DNA of 64,000 nt from Octopus sinensis (taxonomy: Eukaryota): contig NC_043011.1 of assembly GCF_006345805.1 (NCBI RefSeq), forward strand, positions 25,928,464 through 25,992,463, in the 5' to 3' direction. The notes under the pieces were generated by a model. The model worked only from the letters and a program-made list of their open reading frames with translations, was not told where the DNA came from and ran no database searches. Position 1 is the first letter of the stretch; each line of letters opens with the position of its first letter. Made by a program: the position numbers and the translations under genes. Positions 41,715 to 54,505 of the stretch are shown one piece after another.

Positions 41715-42540
41715 AGGCAAGCTGGTAGAATCATAAGCATGCCAGGTACAATGCTTAGCAGCATTTCACCCGCCTTTACATTTTGAATTCAAATTCTGCC
41801 AAAGTCAACTTTGCCCGTCATCCTTTAGAGGCCAACAGATTAACACTGGGGTTGATGTAAACGACTAGTCCTTTCCCCCTGAATTTCAGGCCTTGTACCT
41901 TTAGTAGAAAGGATTATTATTATAATTTACTGTCAAAATCCACTTTACCTTTCATCCTTTTGCAAATGATAAAATAAAGTACCAGTCAAGTACTGGGGTC
42001 AAATGTATCAACTAACTACACTGCCCTCCAAAATTGTTGGCCTTGTGCCTAAATCAGAAATCATTAATATTACCCTTATAGGTAAGGCAACAAGCTGGCA
42101 GAATCGTTAACATGCCAGGTGAAAAGCTTAGCAGCATTTCGTTCATCTTTACAGTCTGATTCAAATTTCACCAAGGTTGACTTTGCCTTTCATCCTTTTG
42201 GGGGTTGATAAAATAGGCACCAGTTGAGCACTGGGGTTGATGTAATCGATTTGCACCTCCCCTCAACTTGCTGGCCTTGTGGCAAAAATGTGAAATCATT
42301 ATTATTAGTAGTAGTAAAGCAGCAAGCTGGCAGAATTGTTAGCACACTGGGCAAAATGCTTAGTGATATTTCGTTTGTCACTATGTTCTGAGTTCAAATT
42401 CTGCTTAGGTCGATTTTGCCTTTCATCGTTTTGGGGTTGATAAATTAAGTACTAGTTGAATACGGAGGTTAAATGTGATCAACTGCCCTCCTCCCTACAA
42501 AATCTGGATTCTGTGCCCACAGCAGAAAGGATTATTATTA
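41715..42540 (+). mobile_element. Head-to-tail chain of about 4 B2 SINEs
   Basis: Repeated heads caagctggcagaat and tails ggccttgtgcc...gaaaggattattatt. Confidence 0.8.
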
Positions 42541-43488
42541 TCATTGGTAAATATATTAAATTAAGAGAAAATTAGATCAAAACAGAATAAGCAGCAGAAT
42601 ACCTCATGACATACACAGAACACATCACATTACACTTTACATGATACTGCACAACACACAACATTTAAAAAACATAATAACAGACAGACAACATCATAAT
42701 ACACAACACAATAAACTATAAAAATCAGTACACCCCACTACAGCACAACAAACACATCACAACTCAATATATCACACCCACATTATATCATAACACACCA
42801 AACCACAGCACAAAAACCCACCAAAACACACAAACACCACAACACACAAACACACCACAACACACAAATACATCACAACATACAAACACACCACAACACA
42901 GACACACCACAACACAAACACACCACAGCACACAAACACAACAAACACACAACACCCACAACAGACCTTAAAACACAAACAAACCACAACACACAAACAC
43001 ACCACCACACACAACAAATCGCAACACACAATCACACGACAACACAGACACACAACAACGCACAAGTACACCAAAGCACACAACACACATAACAGACCAC
43101 AACACAGCATACACCACACCAAAACACCATACCACAAACTCCAAGAATGATCTGATCCAAAAAAAATATAGATTTAGAAACTGAAATAATTGAATAGAAA
43201 AAGGTGTAGGGGAGGTGGGGTGGGAGGTGGACTTCGGTGCAATGTGGAGAAGGAGGGGACTTGCAGAGATGGGGTGGATCAGTGAGACGGGTGGGAAGGA
43301 GGAGGAAGAATTACAGGGGAAGAATAGTTGTGGGAACAGAGAAAGGAGACTTACAAAGTGGGAAATTGATGGCAGGGTGTGTAAGGAAGGAGAAGATAGG
43401 GAACTTACCCCTGTAAGCCTCGCAGAGAGGTGGTGAGAGGGAGGAAAGGAACTTCAGAGAGGTGGGGAGACAGTGGGAGAAAATAAGG

Positions 43489-43521
<33 letters not shown>

Positions 43522-43531
43522 CAAAAGAGAA

Positions 43532-43617
<86 letters not shown>

Positions 43618-43782
43618 AGAAAGAGAGAGAGAGGGAGAGAGAGAAAGAGAGCAAGAGAGAGAGAGAGAGAGAGAAAGAGCAAAAGAGAGAGAAAGAGAAG
43701 GGGAAAAGGTAGAATTTGGAAAGAGGGTAGTGGTGTGAGAAAGGAAAAGGTTGAGTTAAAGAAGTAGGTGTGTGTGTGTGCG

Positions 43783-43840
<58 letters not shown>

Positions 43841-44225
43841 GGTCTGTTATTTAGAAACATTATGGTTATTAAAATATACAGAAACATCAAGTGATGTTGG
43901 TTATGATGATGATAACGGGTTTATGAATATCGTTTGCAGCAGCAGCAGCAGCAGTAGTAGTAGTTGTTGTAATAGTAGATAATGGTGATGCTTGTTATTG
44001 TTGTTATTGTGGTGGTGGTATCAGAGGTGATAGTCATGTTGTGATTAGTGTTGTTCTTGCTACTGCTGCTGCTGTTGTTGTTGTTGTTGTTGGCAGTGGA
44101 CGGTTTGCTATAGTTGCAGTTATAGTTATTAATAGTGGTTGTGGTGGTTGTTATGCTGTTGCTGTTGTTGTTGTTATTGTTGTGTTGTTGTTGTTGTTGT
44201 TTTTGTTGCTGTTGTTATTGTTGTT

Positions 44226-44315
<90 letters not shown>

Positions 44316-45408
44316 CAATACATTTTAGTGAACTTTACTGTCTTGGACACTGACAAGACAACCGACTCCTTTTTTTTGCTTTTTAATTTGTTTCATTTTT
44401 TTCACAGACAAATCATTTATAATCACTCATGACAGCAAAAGTTAATCATCATCATCATCATCATCATCGTCGTCGTCATCATCATCGTCATCGTCATCGT
44501 CATCATCGTCGTCGTCATCATCATCGTCATCGTCATCGTCATCACCATCAACAACAAAACACCCAAGCAAGCAGCAAAAAAAAAACTAAACAGGGACAAA
44601 ATAGCAACAACAAAGAAGTATGAACTCAACAGGAACATGAGCAACAATAACAACAACCTGCAAAAACCAACACTATCTTCAACAACAACAACAACAACAA
44701 CAACTACAATAGCAGCAGCAGGAGCAACCATAGCAACAACAAAAACAACAGCTGAAACAGAAGTGAAAAAACACTTTACCAAATACAATTTTTTCAAATA
44801 TTTCGACCATCTCCACCACCCCAACTGCAGCAGTTTTAGTTTCTTGTAAAGGTCACAGAGGTCACCAATCTTTGCCTAATTTCATTTATTTTAAGTATAT
44901 ACAAAAGCAATGGCCTAATATTAAGTGTGAATGGAGGAAGAAGTGGTGTGATAGATCAGAATAATATCTATTATGACAGCATATTGTCTTTATTTTACCT
45001 TACCATGAATTGTCAAAAAAAATAATGGTTAAAAACTTTGCAACAGCATGGCTGAATGGCAATGTAGTTCACTTCATAATCACATAATCTCAAGTTCCAT
45101 TCCACTGCATAGTACCTCTCAGGCAAGTTTTCTACTATAACCCATCACTGATCAATAACTTGCAGGTGAAATTTGGCAGTCATGGCCAATGCTAGTGTCA
45201 CATAACTGGCACCTGTGCCAGTGGCATGTGGAAAGCATCCACTATACTCTTGGAGTGGTTGGTGTTAGGAAGGGCATCCAGCCATAGAAACCATGCCAAA
45301 ACAGATTGGAACCTTCTGCAGCTCTCCAGCTTACCAGTTTCATTCAAACTGTATAACTCATACCAGCATATGGAAAGCAGATGTTTATTTATGATGATGA
45401 TGATGATG

Positions 45409-45451
<43 letters not shown>

Positions 45452-46074
45452 CATACATATATATATATATAATATCATACCTTGATACTGTGTAGACTAT
45501 GATTCACTTTGACAAACCACTGGTATTTATAGTGTTAAACACTTTCAGTATGCAAATTAGGCACTCCTTATTAGAGTAACTGTTGCATTTGTTGAGTATA
45601 TAAACAGTTTGGCTGCTTGTTTCTCTGGAGAATGTCAAAATGATGTGCACACCTTTGATGAGAACCTAATCAGATTTGAAAATCAATTAAGGCTGTTCAT
45701 CATTTTTTAAGTCTGCAGAGAAATGGCTAAAATTTGCCCTGTATATAATTATACCATATGTTACATATATATAATATTTGTAAACAATTGCAAAGGCTTT
45801 GTAAGTTACAGAGGAAAAGTTACTATGGAAGGCTCATAGTATGACAACTGTATAATAATATAATAATATTTTATTCTCTGATTTGAAGCAGCAATTTTTA
45901 AATACAGACAAAAGACTGAAAAATGCTGAGCTAACCCCAGCCAGGATCGAATCCACAAATCAACACTAACATGGCTCCTTGTTAATAAATATTATATGTT
46001 GCATTAGACAGTTTAAGTATATATTAACTAAATTTGGCTGAAATTGATGAGTGAGCATTTGGCCCAGTCAGATG

Positions 46075-46510
46075 CGCAAATTACCCACCAAAAATACGAC
46101 CCAACAAGTCAAAAAGTGCAACTACCCTAACTGCGGAACTTGCAACTTCCTCTTAGAGGGCTCAACATACAAATTTAAGTCAGGTCAAACTTTTACCATA
46201 AAAAATCACTTCACCTGTGCTCCAAAGAACTTAATCTATGTTCTCAAATGTGGAGGGTGTGGTGGGGACTACATAGGTCAAACTAGCTTAACTTTGAGGG
46301 ATAGTCTTATGGTGCACAGACAACAAATCCAGGACCCCGCGACTAGGAAAATTCCCATAAGCAGGCACATAGACCAATGCTCCGTAGACATAAACCCGAA
46401 ATATTAAATCTCTCTCTATCAATGCACCGGAAACACTTCAACCCAATTCCATTTAAATAAGGAAAGCATACTCATTAAAAAATATAAACCACAGCTGAAT
46501 ATCATTTATA
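46075..46510 (+). mobile_element. Penelope-like element GIY-YIG endonuclease fragment
   Basis: C..PNCGTC Zn motif, FTC..KNLIYVLKC..CGGDYIGQT...HR; premature stop. Confidence 0.9.
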
Positions 46511-47550
46511 AAGAAGAAAAAACAATAAAGAGAAAATGGAAAAAGACTCAAATTGTCCACAAAAAAAACAACCAGGAACAACAAGCAATTTTTAAAAACT
46601 TTAGTAACAGTCTTCCACCTAGGTTTCAAAACTGCAACTCCAAGTCACCATACAAACACCAGTTGCTGACATCACCTAACCCTAGACCAATAAAAACCTA
46701 ACGTCAGCAAATACAACAAATTGACCCTTTAAGAGAATCAATCAACCAGAATGACTGATGACTGTTCCCCACAGAAAAGCCAACCAGGCAGAACGACAAA
46801 TTTGACCACTGGAAAAACAAGACATCACCAGTATTTTAACAAATCAAAAATCAGATCCACTTGCAGAAAAAATTATAAATACACTCGATTCCAAAACATA
46901 CTGCTACAAGCAAAAGCTCCCACAGAAAGAGGATCAGAGAAACTGTAAACCAAATTTCCCTTTTTTACTGTCTTCAATTCTCCCTTGTTTTTTCTCTCTT
47001 AATTCAGTTTGATTGAAACTTTGATGATTTTCATTTCTTGTCGATCACTACTAACATTAATGAGCTTTGTACATTCAAAGAAATTAATGTACAGCTTTAA
47101 TATTATTGACTGCTATTAACATTTAAACTTGTCAACATTGAAATTTCTGTACATGTCATCCTAATTCATAATTCGAAATTTGGCTGTTATGAACATTTTA
47201 ATTTGCCGACATTGAAACACTTTAATTTGTCAACATTGAAACTTTTAAAGATGTTTTTCTAATTCATAATTTTAAACTTTTACCATTGATAAACAAAATA
47301 TATCATTGAAACTAGTTTGGTATATATGTAAATAAATGTATTTTAAACAATTACAAGTTTTCCAAATTTAGGTGCATCTTCAACAACAAATTTGCCTATA
47401 TTTTTTCCTGTGTAGAAACACACTCCATCTTTTGTTATATACATATATATATAACGGGAAGCTTTATGAAAATAAACAAAAGACGAAGGCAGGTGGAATA
47501 CAAACAAACAATTGTATTAGTATGGCGCTCAGGAATATAAATAAAACAAG

Positions 47551-47588
47551 TCTTTTACGTTTCGAGCCTACGCTCTTCAACAGAAAGA
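47551..47588 (-). ncRNA. Minimal hammerhead-like motif (variant core) in a dispersed Penelope-type LTR fragment
   Basis: TCTTT-CTGTTGA-A-GAGC-gtag-GCTC-GAAACGTA-AAAGA. Confidence 0.5.
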
Positions 47589-47661
47589 TACACAGAAAAG
47601 AAACACGGAGAGAAAGAAGGAGAGAAAAAAATGCGTGCAGAAGCTAGCGAATCAACATGGC

Positions 47662-47699
<38 letters not shown>

Positions 47700-47804
47700 A
47701 GAGAGAGAGAGAGAAAGTTAGAGTGATAGATAGGCAAATAGATAGACAGGTAGACAGACAGACAGCAGGCAGACAGACAGTCAGATAGATAAATACAAAT
47801 ATTA

Positions 47805-48285
47805 TAGCTCTCAGGTTTCATCACTAACAGCATTTGTTTTTTTCTAATATTCAATACATCGTTATTGCGTGAGCAGTCAGGTCTTTCCCATGGTCTGGTC
47901 TTCTCAGCACGAAGAAAAGTTTCCCCTGTAGATTAATCTGTCCTGTCATATCTTCATGAAAAGCCTTGACGGATCTTAAGAAGCAATGAAGACATCTAAA
48001 GCATCCAAGGTTCTTCAATGCTTTAGATGTCTGTCATGTAGCATTGAATCGAAAGTCTTGACAAGATCAGAGTAAATTATGTAGAGAGAACAATGTTGTT
48101 CGGCACAATTTTCCTGGATCTATTGTCAGGATAGGATCACATCAACCATTTTATGATCCGGTTTGAACCCGGATTGGCTTTCTGGAAGAACATGTGATAG
48201 ATTGGAATCAATCTATCAAAATAAATTTTTCCAAGAATATATCCAGGAATGGTGAGAAGAGAAATACCTCAGTTGTTTCCATTCC
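47805..48285 (-). mobile_element. RTE reverse transcriptase fragment; upstream continuation at ~51655-51750
   Basis: GISLLTIPG...VLPESQSGFKP...IQENCAEQHCSLYIIYSDLVKTFDS; the upstream piece reads EGKIPPDLKNTIIVTI. Confidence 0.8.
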
Positions 48286-48316
48286 TTACGCTTTCATCAT
48301 CATCACCACTACCATT

Positions 48317-48352
<36 letters not shown>

Positions 48353-48979
48353 GACATCATTACCATCATCCACTTCCTTGTCCTCTTGTTCTTAAACATC
48401 ATCATCATCATCAGCATCAGCAGCAGCAGCATTAACATCATCCTCATCCGCATCCTCCTGCTTTTCATCATCATCATTATCAGCATCAGCATCATTACCA
48501 TCATTCTCATCATACTCATCATCCTCATCTTCATCATCATCATCATCACTCATCATCCATTTGTCCATGCTTGTATAGGTCAAGACGGAATTTGTAGAGT
48601 CAGATTTTCTATGTCCAGATGCCCTTCCTGCCACCAACCCTTATCTGTTTTCAAAGGAAGGTAATATTTCCCCCATGGCCAGATAGGTTTTCCACAGAAG
48701 ACTGCAAATGAATAACTTCACTAGTACAAGACAGTGATATCCTTTTACAGTTATCATATGATGTCTTAACAAGAGTACATGCAATACATATACACACGTA
48801 CTCACACACACACACATATCATCATCAGCAGCAGCATTTAGCGTCCATTGTCCATGCTGGGATGATATATACTTACACACACATATATATATGTGTGTGT
48901 TGTGTGTGTTGTGGGTACATATGTGTATATACATATATGTGTGTGTGTGTGTGTATACACATATGTATATATATATATA

Positions 48980-50593
48980 GCAAATAAGAAAATGGAGAGG
49001 ATGCAAAAATAACATACATCAGCCAGTAGACATTCAAGTATGTCTATTTATTCAAAAGTATTCGAGAGTATTAGAAGAATATATACACATGTAATAACCA
49101 TTTGTTACATACACATGTACCAATATTACAGAAAAGAGCAAAAGAGCAAAAGATCAGATTGCCAGTAGGTTCTAGTTCCTTATAGCCATTTCTGCCAAGA
49201 GGCAATGAAATCCTCCATGCCATTTCCATCTCCTCAGTGTTCTGCAGGGATGGGCAGATAAAGTTTGGATGATGACTGTGCCTCTAGGCTTCTTCAGAGG
49301 GTAAGTGGTTGGGAGGGCTAATACATATAAGAAACAGTTAACAATAGGTACAGTGTGATGGTCTTTTTGAAAGGATAGAATGAATCCCCTGTCCAGCTCC
49401 TACATTACATTTAATCATATACAGTAGACCCCCTCCCCGATAGATAGATACATGTTTTATATGTTTATATTTTTATATGTTTATACTCTTTTAGTTTTCT
49501 TATTTTCTTATGTTGTCCTTTAGGATCCTCTCCCCTTAGTCCTATTGTTTTAGTTATTGCACTGATTTACTTGTTTTTAATTTTATTTTGCTCATTTACT
49601 TGCCCATAATGGCCATGGTTTATTTATTTATTTATTTGATTTGTTTGGTTTTGTTTTATCAGTTAACCACCAACGAACCGTAACCACGTCATGTTTTTCA
49701 AAAAAATAGCTGACCAATTTGGTTGTAGGACTGACCATGACCCTCACTCCACTACACACAGGGATTCCAAGACTTGTTGATTGGCAAAAAATAACAAACA
49801 CTAACACCACACTTTGGTCCCACCTGGTTCCTTACTTTCATTAGTATACTCATATACCAAATTTCCCCATGATGGGATCACTATCATATGCTGCTTATGC
49901 CATACCATCCGCAACGTTGCACCTACTAGCTAGCACTTTACATATAAACTTTCGCCTCCGTAACATGGACTACCTTCAAATCCACCACTGTATTTCTATG
50001 TAAACATAATGCAAACTACTACCTAAATTCACCCTTCCTGAAAAAACTCCTCCTGAGAACAATTATATTCACCTATCTACAATTGGATGAAATAACATGG
50101 ATCTTGGAATACATCACGGGAAGTCTGTAGCTTATTTCCCTTCCTATACCCAAATAATTTTAATAAGTTGTGCTTCACTAACATCTCCATGTTTGCTCCT
50201 ATTCTTTTTCTGCCCCTTCAAAAAGACAGTCACACTGTACCTATTGTTAACTGTTTCTTAGACCACTTAGACCCTCTGAAGAAGCCTAGAGGCATATTCA
50301 TCATCCAAACTTTATCTGCCCATCCCTGCAGAACACTGAGGAGATGGAAATGGCATGGAGAATTTCATTGCCTCTTGGCAGAAACGACCGTAAGGAACTA
50401 GAACCTACTGACAATCTGATCTTTTGCTCTTTTGCTCTTTTCTGTAATATTGGTACATGTGTATGTAACAAATGGTTATTACATGTGTATATATTCTTCT
50501 AATACTCTCGAATACTTTTGAATAAATAGACATACTTGAATGTCTACCAACTGATGCATGTCGTTTTTGCATCCTCTCCATTTTCTTATTTGC
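48980..50593. mobile_element. Element with ~390-bp inverted arms (Penelope-type inverted pseudo-LTRs) carrying hammerhead motifs
   Basis: 48980-49378 is the reverse complement of 50210-50593 at high identity. Confidence 0.75.
50267..50401 (+). ncRNA. Type I hammerhead ribozyme-like motif with extended stem II
   Basis: CCT-CTGAAGA-A-GCCTAGAGGCA...TGCCTCTTGGC-A-GAAAC-GACC-GTA-AGG; mirror copy at 49178-49301 on the minus strand. Confidence 0.65.
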
Positions 50594-51255
50594 CGTATAA
50601 ATTAAGGGTAAACCACTTTTTACTCCTGCCCATATATAACACTCAATTGCGAGATTGCTACACAATAAATAGCACTTGGGTATGAATAATTGGGTACACT
50701 ACCAGCAGTATATTGGATAGGCATAGGCACTATCCCTTAGTTGGGTGGTTGGTTTCCCAGCCTCTAACTCACACAGAAATATATGTGTGTGTGTGTGTGT
50801 ATATATACATATACATATATATGTATATATATCTTTTACTTGCTTCAGTCATTAGAATGTGGCCATGCTGGGGCACCACCTTGTAGAACTTTTAGCTAAA
50901 TGAATGGACCCCAGTACTTATGTTTTTGTAAGCCTGGTACTTATTCTGTTGGTTTTGTTTTGCCAAACTGTTAAGTTATGGGGATGTAAACACACCAACA
51001 CTGGTTGGCAATCAGTGGTGCAGGACAAACACAGACACAAAAACACAAACACCCACATACATACACACACATACACACAAATACATACCCATGAAGACAC
51101 AAACACATAAACAAACTCACACATGCACACCACATACATATATGATGATGATCATCATCGTGTAACATCCGCTTTCCATGCTGCCATGGGTTGGACAGTT
51201 TGACTGAGAACTTGACAAGCCAGGATGCTGTACCATGCTCCAATCTGATTTGGCA

Positions 51256-51289
<34 letters not shown>

Positions 51290-51895
51290 ATGTATATATA
51301 TATATATATATATTTAGAAGATAGGCTTCTTTCAGTTTCTGTCTACCAAATCCACTCACAAGGCTTTGATAGGCTCAAGGCTATAATAGAAGACACCTGC
51401 TCAAGGTGCCACACAATGGGACTGAACCCAGAACCATGATGTTGGGAAGCAAGCTTCCCACCACACAGCTATACCTGCACCTATTTATGACAGGCTTCTT
51501 TCAGTTTCCATGTACCATATCTACCCATGATGCTTTGGTCAGCCCAGAGCAATAGTAGAAGGTGCACAAAGGCATTTGAAGGTGCCATGCACTGAGATTG
51601 AACCTGATATCATGGTGGGACTGAATACAAGACCTAGCTTCTTAACCACCGAGCCACAAATATTGTTACAATAATAGTATTCTTCAAATCTGGTGGTATT
51701 TTGCCTTCTCCAACTACAAGAACAACATTTAAAATCAATGCTGAAAAATCTTTGGGTTTTTTCCAAGAATACAAAAAAAAAAAGAATAATTTTTGGTTTT
51801 GCTTTCATTTCTATATTTTTATTTTTATGGTTTAGTTTATTTACTTTCACTTTCAAAACTCCATCACATGATTACTTTATTACCTTTAGGGTTAT

Positions 51896-51936
<41 letters not shown>

Positions 51937-52504
51937 TAGTAGTAGTAGTAGTAGTAGTAGTGATGGGGGTTGTAGTAGTGATGGTTGTGATAGCTAGTTG
52001 GTCATAGTATGAATGTAGCAGTAGAACTTGTGGTAGTAGTGGGCGCGGTAGTATCAGTGGTGGCAGCGATGATGATGGCCATGATGGTGGTGATGGTGAT
52101 AACTGTGGTAGTGATGGCAGTGGTTGTGTTTGAGGTATTTGTGAAAGTGGTATGATTGTGGTTGAGGTCATGGTTGCAGTTAAGGCGGTTGCTATAATGA
52201 TAGTAGCATGGGCAGTAGTGGCAATAATGTTGGTGATGGTATATGAGTTCTTGTTTGCAGTAGCACTGGTATGTATGTTAGTAGTAGTATATGTAGTAGT
52301 GGTGGTCATTGTCATCATTGTCATTGTCATCATTATTGTGGTGGTGGTGGTTGTGATAGTGATGACAATGGTGATAGTTGTCGGTAAGGGTGGGTAGGGT
52401 GAACAAGGTTTCCAGACAAATTTAGATAGGTTTGAAGTTTTGTATTTGATATTTTCTGTCATGCCTAGAGCTAGGCTGAGCTATGTTTTACTGTTGACTG
52501 GTGA

Positions 52505-53270
52505 CACCAACCAAGCAACCAACCACCGAACAATCATCCAACCAACCAATCAATAAACCAATCAATCAACCAATCAACCAACCAGTCAATCAACCAGCCA
52601 ACCAATCAAACAATCAGTCAACCGTCAACCAATCAACCAACCAAATAATCAATCAATCAACTACCCAGTCAATCAATCAATCAACCATTCAATCAACCAG
52701 CCAAAGCATCAACCAATCAACCAACTAATCAACTAATCAATCAATCAATCAACCAATCAATCAACCAATCAACCAGCCAACCAATCAACCAACCAATCAA
52801 ACAATCAACCAATCAATCAACCAACTAGTCAATCAACCAATCAAACCAATCAATCAATCAGTCAGTCAATCAGCCAGCCAATCAACCAATCAATCAATCA
52901 ATCAACCAATCAACCAAACAATCAATCAATCAACCAACTAGTCAATCAACCAATCAATCAACGAATCAACCATTCAATCAACCAGCCAACCCATCAACCA
53001 ATCAACCAACGAATCAACCAATCAATCAACCAATCAATCAACCAACCAGTCAATCAACCAATCAACCAACAAACCAACCAATCACCCAATCAAACAATTA
53101 ACCAATCAATCAACCAACCAGTAAATCAACCAATCAAACCAATCAACCAATCAAGATAATCAACTAATCAACCAAATAACCAACAAATCAACAAACCAGC
53201 CTCCGAACAAATGAACCAACTAACCAATCAATAAACCAACCAGTTAACCACTCGGTCAATAAACCAACCA
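52505..53270 (+). repeat. Degenerate (AATC/AACC)n tetranucleotide array
   Basis: Read directly from the sequence. Confidence 0.95.
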
Positions 53271-54334
53271 CCCAAAATTCTAGGTATTTCTCCTTCAGAC
53301 TTTAATTGCAGCTAAAACATAAAGTCCAATTCTGGTTTCAAATTTTCAGCACAAGGCCAGCAATTTTGAGGGAGAGGTTTAGTCAATTACATCGACCCTA
53401 GTGCTCAACTGGTACTTATTTCATTGACCCCAAAAGGATGAAAGGCAAAGTTAACCTTGGCAGAATTTGAACTCAGAACATAAGGACAGACGAAATGCTG
53501 CTAAGCATTTTGCTTGAAATGCTACCAATTCTGCCTGCTCACCACCTTGTAAAGCCCAAATGCAACCAACATCAAAGCAATGCTTCATACACACATAATG
53601 GTTTCTTCCAAGCACATACATACACACACACACACACACAATTACAGCTCCTATGTGGTCACTTAAAATGTTAGAAATAGAAGTAAGAATCTTCCTGACA
53701 TCACACCCTACTATCTTACTCTTTACTCTTTTTACTTGTTTCAATCATTTTACTGTGGCCATGCTGGAGCACCGCCTTTTTAGTCAAGCAAATCGACCCC
53801 AGGACTTATTCTTTGTAAGCCCAGTACATATTCTATCGGTCTCTTTTGCCGAACCGCTAAGTTACAGGGACATAAACATACCAACATCGGTTGTCAAGCG
53901 ATGTTGGGGGGACAAACACAGACACACAAACATATATACACACATATACACATATATATATATACGTATATACGATGGGCTTCCTTCAGTTTCTGTCTAC
54001 CAAATCCACTCACAAGGCTTTGGTTGGCTCCAAGCTTTAGTAGAAGACACTTACCCAAGGTGCCACGCAGTGGGACTGAACCCGGAACCATGTGGTTCAT
54101 AAGCAAGCTACTTACCACACAGCCACTCCTATGCCTAAATAACAAATATCTTAAATAACAAAAAAAAAAAAAGAAAAGCAGGCAAAAAAATAAAAGCAAA
54201 TGTAAGCAGTCTTGACAATGTTGGTGTTGGAAAACAAGGTACAAAAAGCTGGGGAAATGGGGTTTAAAAAGAAATGGAGATAGAAGTTGTGAAAGATTAA
54301 GATAAGGAGAAGGAAAAAAGAAAACAAGACTTAC

Positions 54335-54418
54335 TGTGAAATGATTGAAAGAAAGGTTGATACTGGTTAAGGTGTCTCCCAAATAATTAATGTTGGGAAG
54401 TGTGCATATAAACTGGGC
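54335..54418 (-). CDS. LRRC63: LRRC63-like exon c (AQFICTLPNINYLGDTLTSINLSFNHFT), 84 nt, phase 0/0
   Basis: ttgtgtttacag|GCC...TTCACA|gtaagt; LRR consensus LxxIxLSFNxF. Confidence 0.85.
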
Positions 54419-54471
54419 CTGTAAACACAAAACAATAAGCAGACTTGGTAAGCTTTGGATTGATTTGATAT

Positions 54472-54505
<34 letters not shown>

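Noticed and set aside
44780-44875. Open minus-strand stretch AKIGDLCDLYKKLKLLQL... as the missing LRR exon
   Set aside because: No polypyrimidine tract, no LRR asparagine, and phase 0/0 would not fix the frame break.
52501-52728. NQ-rich ORF
   Set aside because: Product of the AATC/AACC tetranucleotide array.
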